Assembly (NCBI GenBank): GCA_043228905.1
Contig: JBHGNT010000009.1
Span: forward strand, 12,524,001-12,588,000
From: Azolla caroliniana
Taxonomy: Eukaryota > Plantae > Polypodiophyta
Direction: 5' to 3'
DNA length: 64,000 bases
The position numbers were made by a program, and so were the translations under genes. Of the stretch, positions 50,444 through 63,514 are shown piece by piece; the stretch's first letter is position 1, and each line of letters starts with the position of its first letter. Below the pieces are notes generated by a model that saw only the letters and a program-made list of their open reading frames with translations, was not told the origin of the DNA and did not search any database.

Positions 50444-53400
50444 GTTAAGAAATTCTTTGTTGCTACTTTTCTGCTTTCAAGGTGCTTTATATAGTGATCA
50501 ATGCGATGTTTTTTTTGCCTGATTGCAACATCCATGTCAGATACTTGGGTATGCTTGTTCAATTATGCACATTTAGCTATATTTATTTATGTATATACAG
50601 GTATGCTTATATATGTTGGGATTAAAGGCCCTTTAGCTTTCTCTAACTAAACTAGAAAAACGAGTTTATATTATTTAATATTTTCTATTTTTGTCAAAGT
50701 TCTACGGTCTCGTTTTCAGAGCTGTACTACAACTTCTAAAAGAATATTTTGTAGTTTGAATGGGATCCTTGTACTAGACTCCACTCAGCATTAAATAGGT
50801 ATTTATGAGGCCATGACTTAGCTGTCATATCAACATTTAAAGCTCTTCTTCTAAGAGCATGTTCTATGTATCTTGGATAGCACACACACACACACACATA
50901 TATGTGTGTGTGCGTGTGTGCAGTCCTACCTTGTATATTCTTTTAAGCGGTAGCCTTTTGTTTTGCAGAACTGCATCTACTTCTTCAATCCCTCCTATAT
51001 GTTAAACCGCATAATGTTTTTAGTTTTTGTATCTGCCTTTGGATATTTCAGAAGATTGTCATTCTATCTTCTACTCCCTTACAACTGGTATCAGAGTGAG
51101 CATTGCATCCTCTCAGGATCTCCATTTCTTAGTCTCGACTTTGAATAAGTGGGACTTTTGTTTTTTGTGTCTGTTCTGTATTCCTTCTTTCACCATGGCA
51201 AATACATCGGCCAATGTAGGGGTAGAATTCAGGAAATTTGATGGCACTGGATTCGACTCATGGAAGGTTAGAATGGAAAGCACACTTTACTTACAAGGAT
51301 GTGCAGAAGCATTGGAGAAAAACAAATCAGCTGGTGTGGATGATGGGACTTGGAAACTACTCAGTCGTAAGGCAATTGCCCACATTTACATGGCAATATC
51401 AGATGAAGTTTTAGGAAATATCAAGGGGCTGACTAGTAGTCATGAGGTATGGGGCAAACTGAAGACTATGTACGACTCACAACCATTACAGTGAATTGAG
51501 TTCACTTGATGAGAAGGCTCATCACTGCACGACGTGAAGATGCCAACACACTTCCACATTCAATGGTCTACGCAATCAACTTCAAGATGTAGGATTGCAA
51601 ATCTTCGACGACAAAATGAAGGCAATCTTCTTACTCATGACGATGCCTGAAACATAGATGAACGATACAATAGGACATTATGTGAAAGGGTTCGATGTAT
51701 GCTTTCAACAACTAATCTCCCTAATGCATTTTGGTGAGAGGCTTTACAAATTGTAGTGCAGAAGATGAGATGGGTTATAAAATTTGGTTACCTCATCTCC
51801 GAAAAGTAATCGGAAGTCGTGATGTTGTATTCAATGAAGCAAAGTTGCTCAAAAGCAATTGTACCTCATTAGAATCAACAAAAAGAGTGAAATTTCTGCA
51901 CTAGCCAACCATTGACTCAAGAATAACATGTCAAGGTGACGATGATGAACAATTAGAGATCTACTGTCACGGACACACCAACCATGGACTACGACGGAGC
52001 ACGGATGACAAGAGTACGACTGATAAGGCTATGAACGTGGAACTGGAAGTGACGAGGCTAAGAACTGTAGAAGCTTTGAGTGATGAGACTATGAACTTAG
52101 GAAGCTAGGGTTAACTGGAGAGCATGAAGACAAATATGAAGATCAAGGAGACAATACTATGAAACGAGGAAACTAGATTAATATGTCAGTGACTGGCTTT
52201 GAATTCCTTGAAAGTGACCAAGGAGGTTATAAGTATTTGTACTGTGAGCTGAAGTACATGCATTAGAATACATATTTTGGAGAATACTCTAGAATCCTCG
52301 AGAAGCTTCTAGTTCTAGAACTTTCTAGAGGTATGTGACTAGAGAGTATTTCTAGATCAATGCTCTTATCTTCGGGTGTAGAAAACTACGGTTTAACTAT
52401 AACAGAATAAGTTATGGTTATGCTCGTAACACCCACCCACATGGATGATGGACCCAAAGGCACTAAATCCTTAGGAAGCCTCATCCACGATTAATTGGAT
52501 CCAAACGCTTACCACTATGGATAGCATGTATCCTATTGGCGCTAAGTGTTGTGATGAAGATGGTGGGGTTGTAGATTGTTTCAGTGTTCATGCTCTGGAT
52601 GTAGACCCAATAACTCCAAAAGCATACGAGTACCACATTATGTCTTCCTAACATTGCTAGACACCCCAAACAATAGGGCCATTGAATGTACCATGTTAAA
52701 TGGGTCACTAAGATGTCATTACCTTGGTAAGCATTGGAGTGATATTCTACAAGAGCTTTTAGGATCCCGAGCTCATAGCCAATGATGACCAATTAACCCG
52801 GTCAGTTCCTATGACTTGTGTTTTTTAACGCAGATGTGAAATTCAAATGAGTCAATGGTCAGTGCCTGAATTATGCCACCCAATGCTCTCCTTGAAGTTC
52901 TTATCCTAGGCCAAGATTGGTGGTGTTATGACAGTGTATAATTTCATCGAGCTCACTAGTTCATGTTCCAATATCGGACGGTCTTGCACCCGAGTTTTTG
53001 GTATGAGGGCAATCACGTACAACATCCACCAATCCATGCCGCCACCACATGAGATCCAAAAATTTCTTCATGAGCCTATCAAATACCCAAGGAAATGAGT
53101 GGAGTAAAGGATGTGACTAGGCCTCTATTTAACTCTACAACTTGGGTGATCCTGTACACAAGGCACAAGAAAACATCTGAGTGGGTCAATATTCAGAGAG
53201 TAATGGTTGAAGGTCCCTTAAGAATCACAATTTAGTATGGAATGCTGCACAAGGTTGGCACAAGTGTAGCCACCAATTCATGCTCCCTGTGCACAATCAA
53301 GTACGCCACACCTTTAGACATAGAACTAAGGGAGTACGGCAACAATCACAAGTGTCTAGCCCAGTTGACTTTCCTGCTCATCGTATGAAGACAGATGTGT

Positions 53401-56400
53401 TCATCAAGGGAATAATTGAGGAACAATGTGGAAAATGAAGTAATGTGGTCTGGCTAGTACCAATGATTCTCACGGAGACTTAAGGTGGTTCGAGGGAACA
53501 CTCAGTATTGGTTCCCACCGTCAGCATGAGTGGCAACAGTTGTGAACTATTCAATCCCTACCACATGCGCTCCACGCTGCATGGTTGACAATCTGGACAG
53601 CACTATAATAAAATGATCACAAAATCAGTAGTTATGGCTCCTGCACCTTTCCAACAACCAGACCACTAGGCCTTTGCATTTCCCCAGGTTCAAATATCTG
53701 ATCCACTAGTAAATAGACAATAGAACTCATGCGCTGCTTCATTTGAATGTCTTGGCGGAGGTTTTAGCATGATGTATGTGAGCCTGTTTCAAACTTACAT
53801 CAATATGTTCAGTCACTTCCTCTCATGTTTATCTTGATTAAATCTGTCAAATTCCTTGTTCAGAATTGGCTTCACTTAATCCATGCACACTGATCACAAT
53901 GTCATACACAATCCTTGCATGTTTATGATGCGCGACATATGAATAACAGCTATTATGCTAGTAAAAACAGAAAGTATGTATATTAAATGTTGGGTTCTTG
54001 CTTTGAATCCCAAAAAGCTACACCACTTTAGGGTTGTAAGAATATTTTTAGACGGGGAAAAAACCTCCTAAAGAGGGAAAAAATGCCCTGTAGTCCTAAG
54101 TGTGTTCACACACATCATTGTCCTAAGTGTGTTCACACATTACTGTCCTAAATGTGTTCACACACATCACTATCCTAAGTGTGTTCACACATCACTGTCC
54201 TAAGTGTGTTCACACACATCACTACCAAAATATGTCAACAAATCCCCCTTGGGAGTGATGCGGTGAACAAGGAAGTGACACTCATGGTTAAACAAGTGCC
54301 AAGCTATGTGGATAGAGATGAATCCACAAATGGGATTAGGCCTAAAGCTTTGCAGAAAGCTTCAAACTTCTCCCTAGGCAGAGCCTTTGTGAAGAGGTTT
54401 GCAATGTTCTTGTAAAGAACCTAACTCTAGTAGAGTTTAGTATTCAGAAGCGTAGTGTGTGTGTGAGAAAGAGAGAGTGAATGTATAAGCAAGAGAAGGA
54501 ATTACAGAGAATAACCAGAAAAATAAGAAAACACACAGTAGGGGTATGACAACTTATGCACTTAAGAGAGCTATATTAATTATCTAAAGATCATCAACTA
54601 AACTAAATGGCCAAAGGGGGTTTTATATACAAGTCCTCAAGGGACTGCCCTATTAAATGTGTTGGTGGAATCTAACGAAGATATCCACTTGAGTACGATT
54701 TTGTCATAAGAATATCTAATATTCTTTGACCACACTAACACTCGACAACTACACGGATTACAATAAAGTGTGCTCACACACTTTTTCACACATCGTCCTT
54801 TTCTTCATAAGCACATGTTCACACAAGTTGAGCTTGATTCTCAACAGTTTTCTTGCGTGGGCACATAAGCCAAACTGATCTCTCCAGCGGAGAACCTTTC
54901 CCTGACATAGTGATAATGTACCTCAATGTGCTTAGTGCGAGCATGGAACACAGGGTTCCTCGCAACTGCCATTGCGCTTTGACTATGAGTGAAGATGGTG
55001 GTGGCAGAAGACTGACCAACACCCAAATCAGCTAAAAGGCGTCTGAGCCGCACACACTCAACTGTAGCTGTGTAAGCTGCCCTATACTCAGCCTTACAAC
55101 TAGAAGTGGCCACAGTAGGCTGCTTCTTGCTCAACCAAGATATGCATGAGCTACCAAGGATGAAGCAAAAACCACTTGTGGACACACGAGTGTCATAACA
55201 ACCAGCCCTATCAGAGTTAGAAAAAGCATGCAGGTCTGGCAGTAGTGTTCCCCCCTTGGGATAAAACAACCCAAGTGATCGGGTACCACTCGAGTAGGAA
55301 AAGATGCGCTTAACTGCCTGCCAATGCTTAACTCTTGGGCAATTCATAAACCTGCTCATCTGAGAGACAACAAACTGAATATCAGGTCGGGTTATGCATA
55401 AGTAAATCAAGCATCCAACTGCTTGCTGATAGAGAATAACATCAAATGCATCTCCAGCATCATGAAGGCTCAAATGTAAACCTGTCTCCATGGGAGTGGC
55501 AATAGGTTTACAGTCTTCAAGGCCAAAATGCTGCAATAATGTGTCAATGTATTTTGATTGACACAAAGCTATTCTACCATCAACTTGCATAAATTGAATG
55601 CCCAAATAATGATGCAAATTCCCCAAATCTGACATCTCAAAGGAGGCATGCAAATCAGCCTTAAAATCAGCAATATGCTTCTCATTGGGACCAGTGAGCA
55701 ACATATCATCGGCATACACAACCATGATCAGAAATACATCATCAGCACGCTTAACATATAAGGTGCTTTCAGTTGGACTATTCTCAAACCCAAATGCAAT
55801 CAAATAGGCATGTATCTTTTCATACCAAGAACGTGGTGCTTGCTTCAAGCCATATAATGCCTTTATCAACCTGCACACTTTGTGTTCATGCTCTTTCTGC
55901 ACAAAACCACGGGGCTGGGATACATACACTTCCTCATGAAGATCACCATTTAGAAATGCTGTTTTAATGTCCAACTGATGTACATTCCAACCACGATGGG
56001 CTGCAATTGCACAGATGCTACGAACAGTAGTCATTCGACAGGTGCCTGCAAAGGTCTCATCAAAATCAATGCCTTTTTCTTGGGCATAACCTTTCGCAAC
56101 AAGCCTAGCCTTATACCTGTCAATTGTTCCATCAGGTTTATGCTTTAGCTTATATATCCACTTAGTGCCAATAGCCTTCTTGCCAGGAGGCAAGTCACAT
56201 AAAGACCATGTGCCAGTCTTCATAATAGCATCATATTCTGATTGCATAGCAGCCATCCAATTTTCTGAATTTTGTGCCTCATCAAAAGAAACAGGCTCAT
56301 TCTCATAGCAAAGACTAGAGGCAGCCATAGCATAACAATCTGATGCAAAAGAAGCACTATGATAACTTGAACGAGTACGGTATGGCAAAGGAAATTCCAA

Positions 56401-59400
56401 TTTACTGTCTTGCAAAGTCTGCAACAGCCATCTAGGCACAGTCTTTGCCTCCTCTATATCAGCCCTCTCATTAATAAGTGCATCATGTAAGTCTGCATCA
56501 GAAATGGAATGATCTACATCATTATGAGTAGCTTCCAAAGGCTGAGAAGGTGCATCATGTAAGTTTGCATCAGAGATGGAATGATCTGTATCATTATGAG
56601 TAGCTTCCAAAGGCTGAGAAGGTGCATCATGTAAGTCTGCATCAGAAATGGAATGATCTGCATCATTATGAGTAGCTTCCAAAGGCTGAGAAGGTGCATC
56701 ATGTAAGTCTGCATCAGAAATGGAATGATCTGCATCAGAAATGGAATGATCTGGATCATTATGAGTAGCTTCCAAAGGCTGAGAAGGTGCATCATGTAAG
56801 TCTGCATCAGAAATGGAATGATCTGCATCATTATGAGTAGCTTCCAAAGGCTGAGAAGGTGCATCATGTAAGTCTGCATCAGAAATGGAATGATCTGTAT
56901 CATTATGAGTAGCTTCCAAAGGCTGAGAAGGTGCATCATGTAAGTCTGCATCAGAAATGGAATGATCTGCATCATTATGAGTAGCTTCCAAAGGCTGAGA
57001 AGGTGCATCATGTAAGTCTGCATCAGAAATGGAATGATCTGCATCAGAAATGGAATGATCTGCATCATTATGAGTAGCTTCCAAAGGCTGAGAAGGTGCA
57101 TCATGTAAGTCTGCATCAGAAATGGAATGATCTGCATCATTATGAGTAGCTTCCAAAGGCTGAGAAGGTGCATCATGTAAGTCTGCATCAGAAATGGAAT
57201 GATCTGCATCAGAAATGGAATGATCTGGATCATTATGAGTAGCTTCCAAAGGCTGAGAAGGTGCATCATGTAAGTCTGCATCAGAAATGGAATGATCTGC
57301 ATCATTATGAGTAGCTTCCAAAGGCTGAGAAGGTGCATCATGTAAGTCTGCATCAGAAATGGAATGATCTGTATCATTATGAGTAGCTTCCAAAGGCTGA
57401 GAAGGTGCATCATGTAAGTCTGCATCAGAAATGGAATGATCTGCATCATTATGAGTAGCTTCCAAAGGCTGAGAAGGTGCATCATGTAAGTCTGCATCAG
57501 AAATGGAATGATCTGCATCAGAAATGGAATGATCTGCATCATTATGAGTAGCTTCCAAAGGCTGAGAAGGTGCATCATGTAAGTCTGCATCAGAAATGGA
57601 ATGATCTGCATCATTATGAGTAGCTTCCAAAGGCTGAGAAGGTGCATCATGTAAGTCTGCATCAGAAATGGAATGATCTGCATCATTATGAGTAGCTTCC
57701 AAAGGCTGAGAAGGTGCATCATGTAAGTCTGCATCAGAAATGGAATGATCTGCATCATTATGAGTAGCTTCCAAAGGAGGCACAGTCTTTGCCTCCTCTA
57801 TATCAGCCCTCTCATTAATAAGTGCATCGTGTAAATCTGCATCAGAAATAGAATGATCTGCATCATTATGAGTAGCTTCCAAAGGCTGAGAAGGTGCCTC
57901 AAGTGGGTCAACACTTAATTGTCCACTTGTAAAAAGAGGCAACAAAGTGTCATACACGTCTTTGGAGCTAACTGATGTGTCTTTCGTACATTAAAAGAAG
58001 TGGCTGAATTACATCCTCCACAAAAACAACATCACGGCTCACCAAAATGGCTGAATTAGATTGTGGGTGATACAGACGATAGCCTTTACTTTCAGAACTA
58101 TATCCTACAAAAATACATTTCACTGCTTTATCATCCAATTTTTTGCGTTGTTGTTTAGGCACTAATGCATATGCCAAACAACCAAAAACACGCAGATGAG
58201 CAACAGATGGCTTTTGGCCATGCCAAGCTTCATATGGAGTGATAGAGTGCAGTGCTTTAGTGGGACACCTGTTAAGTACATATGCTGCACACATGACAGC
58301 CTCAAGCCAGAAACTATGTGGTAAGGCCTGACTTTTGACCATACACCTCGCCATTTCCATGAGTGACCTGTTCTTTCTTTCAGCAACTCCATTTTGTTGA
58401 GGTGTATACGGCATTGTACACTGATGTTTTATCCCACGTTCAGCCAGAAATGCATTAAACTCACAAGACATATACTCCCCCCCTCGATTAGAACGGAGGG
58501 TGCCCATTTTACATGCTGAAAAATTCTCAGCCAAAGCTAGAAATTGTTTGAAGCACAGAAACACTTCGGACTTTGCCTTCAATGGATATACCCATGCATG
58601 CCTAGAAAAGTCATCAATGAAAGTCACGAAATAAAGATAGTTCCCAAGAGAATGTGTCTGCATAGGGCCACATACATCACTATGAACAAGCTACAATTTC
58701 TGCGTAGCTCTAACTGAACCATCTTTTGGAAAGGACGAACGTTGCATTTTGCCCAAAATACAGCCTTCACAAACATGCTTCCGAGGTGCCTCAAGTTTGG
58801 GCAAGGAGGACACCATTTTAGATTTCTGCAAGTGAAGCAAACTTGCAAAATTCTGATGACCAAAGCGTGCATGCCAAATCTTTGCATCTGAAATAGCTTG
58901 AGAATCCTGTATTGCACAGGCTGAATCATTTATAGATCGTTCATAATCTACGAGCTTATACAGCCCACGACATAAAATGCCAGAAGCAATAATAACATCC
59001 CCATTGGACAGATTATGAACTGTACACCTTTCATCAACAAATTTAACAACCAAGCCAACCTTGGCTAATGGTGAAACTGACAACAGATTTTTCTTGATTC
59101 CTGGCACAAACAAAGCATTGTACTACCATCAACAGTAGTCAAAATGATCTTACCAACACCCATAACTGGATAAGATGAGTTGTTGGCGCATGTGACAGTA
59201 TTCCTTGTAGGGGCAGATTCCAATGTAGTGAAGAAATTGTGCTGCGAGGTAATATGTTTGGTTGCCCCACTGTCGTAGTACCAAACATCTGATTGTACAA
59301 CAGACATACATTGTTCAAGTGAAGATGGGTCAAAACTGCAAATAGTAGTAAATGCCCATTCTTCATTTTGTACAAGATTTGCAGACTCTATTTTTGGTGC

Positions 59401-62400
59401 AGAGACTTCTGTAACAATGAGTCCTGCCTCCTTTTTCTTTGCCTCTTTTGCAGCCAATTTTGGACGATTCTTCATAATATTTGTAGACTCTATTTTTGGT
59501 GCAGAGACTTCTGTAACAATGAGTCCTGCCTCCTTTTTCTTTGCCTCTTTTGCAGCCAATTTTGGACAGTTCTTCATAATATGATCAATTCCTTTACAAT
59601 ATTTGCAAAATAGTTTTTGTTTCTGCTCTTGTTTTTTTTCATTCACTTGTGAATTATTAGCAAATCTCTGCTTGCTAGCAGAAGAGTTCCATTTACCTTT
59701 GCCCTTCTGACTAGCTAGGAAAGCTTGATCTGCAACACGCATAATAGACCTGTTTGCCTAGACTGATCTTCCTGTAACAAAACAGAGACTAACTCCTGGA
59801 ATGATAAGACATTGGGATTACCTTTCATCATTAAACGAAGAGTACAAGCAAAACTCTGATATGAATCAGGAAGACCATTTAGAACGGTCTCCACAAGTGA
59901 ACTATCTGGTATCATTTCATCAGCAGAAATTAATTGTTCCTTGAAATCTTTGATTTTTGTAAGAAAACTGTCCATAGAATCACCTTCATTCATGTGCTCG
60001 CTCTCCAATTGTTTTCGGAGATAAGCAACACGAGCGTCATTTCTTGCTTGGTACAAAGTGGTAAGAGTACCCCAAGCATCCTTTTGGTGTCTTGCAAAGA
60101 GCGAATATGGGGAATAATGGCACGTTTCACAGACAAAGCTATCAAAGCATGTGCCTGAGCATCTCCACCATCCCAACGAAGTTGCTCTGCAGTTGGTACA
60201 ATAGAAACTGTAGCATGGGCATGAGCATGATGATTAACATCCTCAACAGAATCAATACCATCAGCATTTGTGTTTTCAACAATAGGACATTTTTCAGCCC
60301 CTTGAACCACATCCCACAACCCCTTTGCTACTAATACATGGCGCATCATATAAGCCCAAAGAGGGTAATTTGTTCCATCCAGTTTATCCTCAACAACAAG
60401 CATTCGAAATACATCGTTCTCAGCCATGGCCGTGGACTGAACACGTTTTGATGTAAAAAAATGGACTGCTGAATGAATAAAAGGGAATAACGTACCTCTT
60501 TGACTTGAAAGATGAACAAGTGAAGAGAAAAGGGAAGCAAACTGATTTTTGAGGGTTGTAGGAATGTCTTGGAAGACTCGAGGAGGCTTTTTCTAGGATT
60601 GAATCGACTTGGAAGCAGAAAAAGAACACAACTAAAACTGCGTAGAGAAAGAAAACACGCAGAAATTTGTTTTTTCAACAACAGAAAAACGCCACCACAG
60701 ATGGCACAGACGGACTGCGTATGAGAGCCGTTGTGTTGCTGCTCAAATGTCGCTTTGTAGCTCTGATACCACTGTTGGGTTCTTGCTTTGAATCCCAAAA
60801 AGCTACACCACTTTAGAGAGGGAAAAAATGCCCCTGTAGTCCTAAGTGTGTTCACACACATCATTGTCCTAAGTGTGTTCACACATTACTGTCCTAAATG
60901 TGTTCACACACATCACTATCCTAAGTGTGTTCACACATCACTGTCCTAAGTGTGTTCACACACATCACTACCAAAATATGTCAACATTAAAATGACTTGG
61001 AACATAAAACTAATGGATTGAGAAAAGAATATCACACCCCTTACTTCCCTATAAAGTGAGGACATCATGCAGTTAGGCTGATTTTGATTTAATGTTTTCC
61101 CGACCATTTAGTTTTGGTTCTTTACCAAATAGACCAAGGAATTTGGCTAGTTTGTCGGAGTTGTTCTATTGGAGAATCCAACCAATAGTGAAAAACGTGC
61201 ACTTCTTTGAAAATTACACCATTGAACCAAATTATGATAAAGGGATGAAATAAGGTGGACCAGATATCAGAATAATCAATTATACCTTGTTCCTTTCTGT
61301 AATAAAGTGGTTCCCTCTTTCTTTTTACTAAAGAAAAAAGGTTTGTGAAAGGTTTTGCATTCATCAACTCTTCAGTTTCCAATTAGAGACACACAATGTT
61401 TTTAATAAGGAAAATACTTCTAGTGTGATGTTTCTAATAGGTATTGGTACATGAAATCTGAGCACATATGGCTGCATAATGTTTCACAGTCAGTATTTCT
61501 GTCGAAACAAATTTGAAAGAGTTTTGAGTGCATGCTTATGATTGATTCGTTGAACATTCTTGATAGATTTAGATTTGGATTTAGTAGGTTGGGCAAGACG
61601 GGGATCAAATCTTCATTTCCAGTTCAGTCGTAGCGTTTGCTGGCATTTTAAAAGCTTTCCTAGACGTTGATCTGAATGTAATTTTCCTTTGAAAACTCTT
61701 CTAAACTGTAATTTTGGTGCATTTGTTAGCTTTTCTCTTCTTAAGTGGTGTTGTTTGTTTTACACCAAAATTATTACTCTATTTTCTAATTGTATTTTTT
61801 ATATTTAAGCTTTTTTTAGTTTGTTTTTCTTTTGCTATTTTCCTATTAACTTATGCACATGTAGTATTACAGTTTCAATCTAATTACAGTTATTTGAATG
61901 TAGAAATATAATTACGGTTTGATCATGTTGCAGCAATGGATGTTTCATCTGACTTAACAGAGCTTGGAAGAACCCCTGTTGCCGTCATTTGTGCAGGTGT
62001 GAAATCAATCCTTGACATTCCAAGAACCCTAGAATATCTGGTAGATTATTATTCATATTTAATGTTTTTGAATGTGGTAAGATAGAGAGTGGATTAATTT
62101 AATCAGTTGGTCATTGTGGAATGTCTTTGATTTTGTAGGAGACTCAAGGTGTTCCAGTTGTAGGCTATGGTGTTGAAGAGTTTCCAGCTTTCTTCACTCC
62201 ATCAAGTGGATGTAAAGTAAGATGAATAGTTTTCAGTTTTGATATCATTCTTGTAAAAACCAGTTGTGAAAAACACCAAAATATCCCTAATGTTTTGCAT
62301 ATCTACCAGGATACTCGGTTTTCAAAAGTAACTAGACTACCCCTTGCATTTAAAAAATAAAACCACCAAAATATCCCTCTGGTGTCATTTAGCTTAATCC

Positions 62401-63065
62401 ACAATTACTTGATCATTATCAGTGACGTAATTATGTTTATTATACTGGGTCATATTGTATTCATTCAAATAGTTAGCTATTAGTAGGCTGGCCAATAAGC
62501 TTAATTGGCCTATTTATTTCTAATGAAGAATTGTTTTACGAGGTAAAATTTCGCTTGAATAGTGATTAATGGCCGATTAATTAGTAAGCCTACTTTGATC
62601 TGATATTTTTTTGTTAGTTTTTATAAACGTAGTGGTCTTTTGGTAACAATGCAAAAAGTTAGGGGTACATTAAATATTGGTGTTTTCTCCAAATCAATTT
62701 ATATGCTAAATCTGGATTCTGATTTTTTATGGATAAAGGTGCCTTGTCGCGTGGATACTCCTCTTGACTGTGCACAATTAATAAGTAAATATGTTCCACC
62801 CCTTCTAAATATATGAATAGTGACATCTATAAAGTTCTTTTAGCATTGTATTAGGATAAAATAAAGCATTAATTTATGCAAGGTAGCAAATCTAAACCTC
62901 AAGTTATGTTTCCATGTATGCCTAATTTCAATTATTTGATGCAGTTTCAAGCCTGAAATTGGATTTAGGGAATGGGATTCTTATCGGAGTACCTATACCA
63001 GAAGAATATGCAGCACTTGCAAAGCCTATTGAGTCTGCAATTGATAGGGCTTTACATGAAGCAAA
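47606..63065 (+). CDS. PUMY: Pseudouridine-5'-phosphate glycosidase (PsuG/IndA family), 5' portion. Exons: 47606-47671 (donor could be 47662), 47783-47876, 48488-48598, 48678-48760, 50245-50304, 50383-50443, 61934-62040, 62139-62216, 62739-62784, 62945-63065; continues beyond window
   Basis: Phase-consistent translation with [94 protein letters not shown] and GILIGVPIP; N-terminal PTS2 RIAVIESHL. Confidence 0.95.
50614..51960 (+). mobile_element. Internally deleted Ty1/copia F in PUMY intron: 5' LTR 50614-51083, PBS 51086, gag and IN scraps
   Basis: TGTTGGG...TTACA-AC-TGGTATCAGAG; gag [12 protein letters not shown] and [13 protein letters not shown]; [11 protein letters not shown]; related to the element at 4140-7940. 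Confidence 0.85.
51965..53950 (-). mobile_element. Probable degenerate LTR element: LTR 51965-52431 with adjacent PPT, decayed internal region
   Basis: TGTCACG...CGTAACA termini followed by CCCACCCAC (purine tract on the minus strand); weak QRPSGL / ITTDFV integrase-like traces near 53600-53680. Confidence 0.5.
54411..54846 (-). mobile_element. Solo LTR (436 bp) in RNase H of element E
   Basis: TG...CA; TSD GTTCT/GTTTT; removal restores [10 protein letters not shown]; start TGTTGAG..CAAGCTCAAC resembles A/D LTRs. Confidence 0.85.
56435..57900 (-). repeat. In-frame 72-bp minisatellite (~18 units, some with a 21-bp extra) in the IN-RT linker of E
   Basis: Encodes ([24 protein letters not shown])n within the 1038-aa ORF. 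Confidence 0.96.
59377..59582. repeat. 102-bp in-frame duplication in gag of E
   Basis: [32 protein letters not shown] occurs twice; AGACTCTA at 59383 and 59485. Confidence 0.9.
61934..63065 (+). CDS. PUMY: PUMY exons 7-10
   Basis: DVSSDL, GVKSILD (conserved catalytic Lys motif), ETQGV, FPAFF, VPIPEE; GT-AG junctions. Confidence 0.93.
62267..62690. mobile_element. MITE with long imperfect terminal inverted repeats (MULE-like) in a PUMY intron
   Basis: Left GAAAAACACCAAAAT..CCCTAATGTTTTGCAT..TACCA mirrors right TGGTAACAATGCAAAAAGTTAGGGG..ATTGGTGTTTTCTC; TSD not resolved. Confidence 0.6.
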
Positions 63066-63067
63066 GT

Positions 63068-63514
63068 ATGTATCTTTCTTTTGTTTCTGTCATAATGGGC
63101 CAGGCTGTAAACACATCTTTATTACATCATATCTTGCAACCTCACAAAAAGTTGACATAGCCATCTCAATGATTGCCACATAGGTTGTATCCCTCTTTTT
63201 TTCTGCAAATAGTAATGTATCTTTCTTTTGTTTCTGTCATAATGGGCCAGGCTGTAAACACATCTTTATTACATCATATCTCGCAACCTCACAAAAAGTT
63301 GACATAGCCATCTCAATGATTGCCACATAGGTTGTATCCCTCTTTTTTTCTGCAAATAGTAATGTATCTTTCTTTTGTTTCTGTCATAATGGGCCAGGCT
63401 GTAAACACATCTTTATTACATCATATCTCGCAACCTCACAAAAAGTTGACATAGCCATCTCAATGATTGCCACATAGGTTGTATCCCTCTTTTTTTCTGC
63501 AAATAGTAATGTAT
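63068..63514. repeat. Three tandem copies of a 147-bp intron segment beginning at the splice donor
   Basis: ATGTATCTTTC at 63068, 63215 and 63362; terminal ATGTAT microhomology at 63509. Confidence 0.95.

Larger units (their letters stand above)
53988..60986 (-). mobile_element. Full-length Ty1/copia element E in PUMY intron: 5' LTR 60773-60986, PBS 60760-60771, 3' LTR 53988-54240
   Basis: 5-bp TSD TTAAA (53983-87 and 60987-91); PPT at 54241; KLDGTNY gag, [46 protein letters not shown]; LTRs carry 25-27-bp repeats. Confidence 0.95.

Noticed and set aside
56514-57758. 414-aa Met/Leu-rich ORF
   Set aside because: Alternative frame of the 72-bp repeat that happens to lack stops; no independent coding evidence.
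47606-63065. Bacterial psuG contamination or recent horizontal transfer
   Set aside because: The gene has spliceosomal introns and a PTS2, and the family is native to plants.
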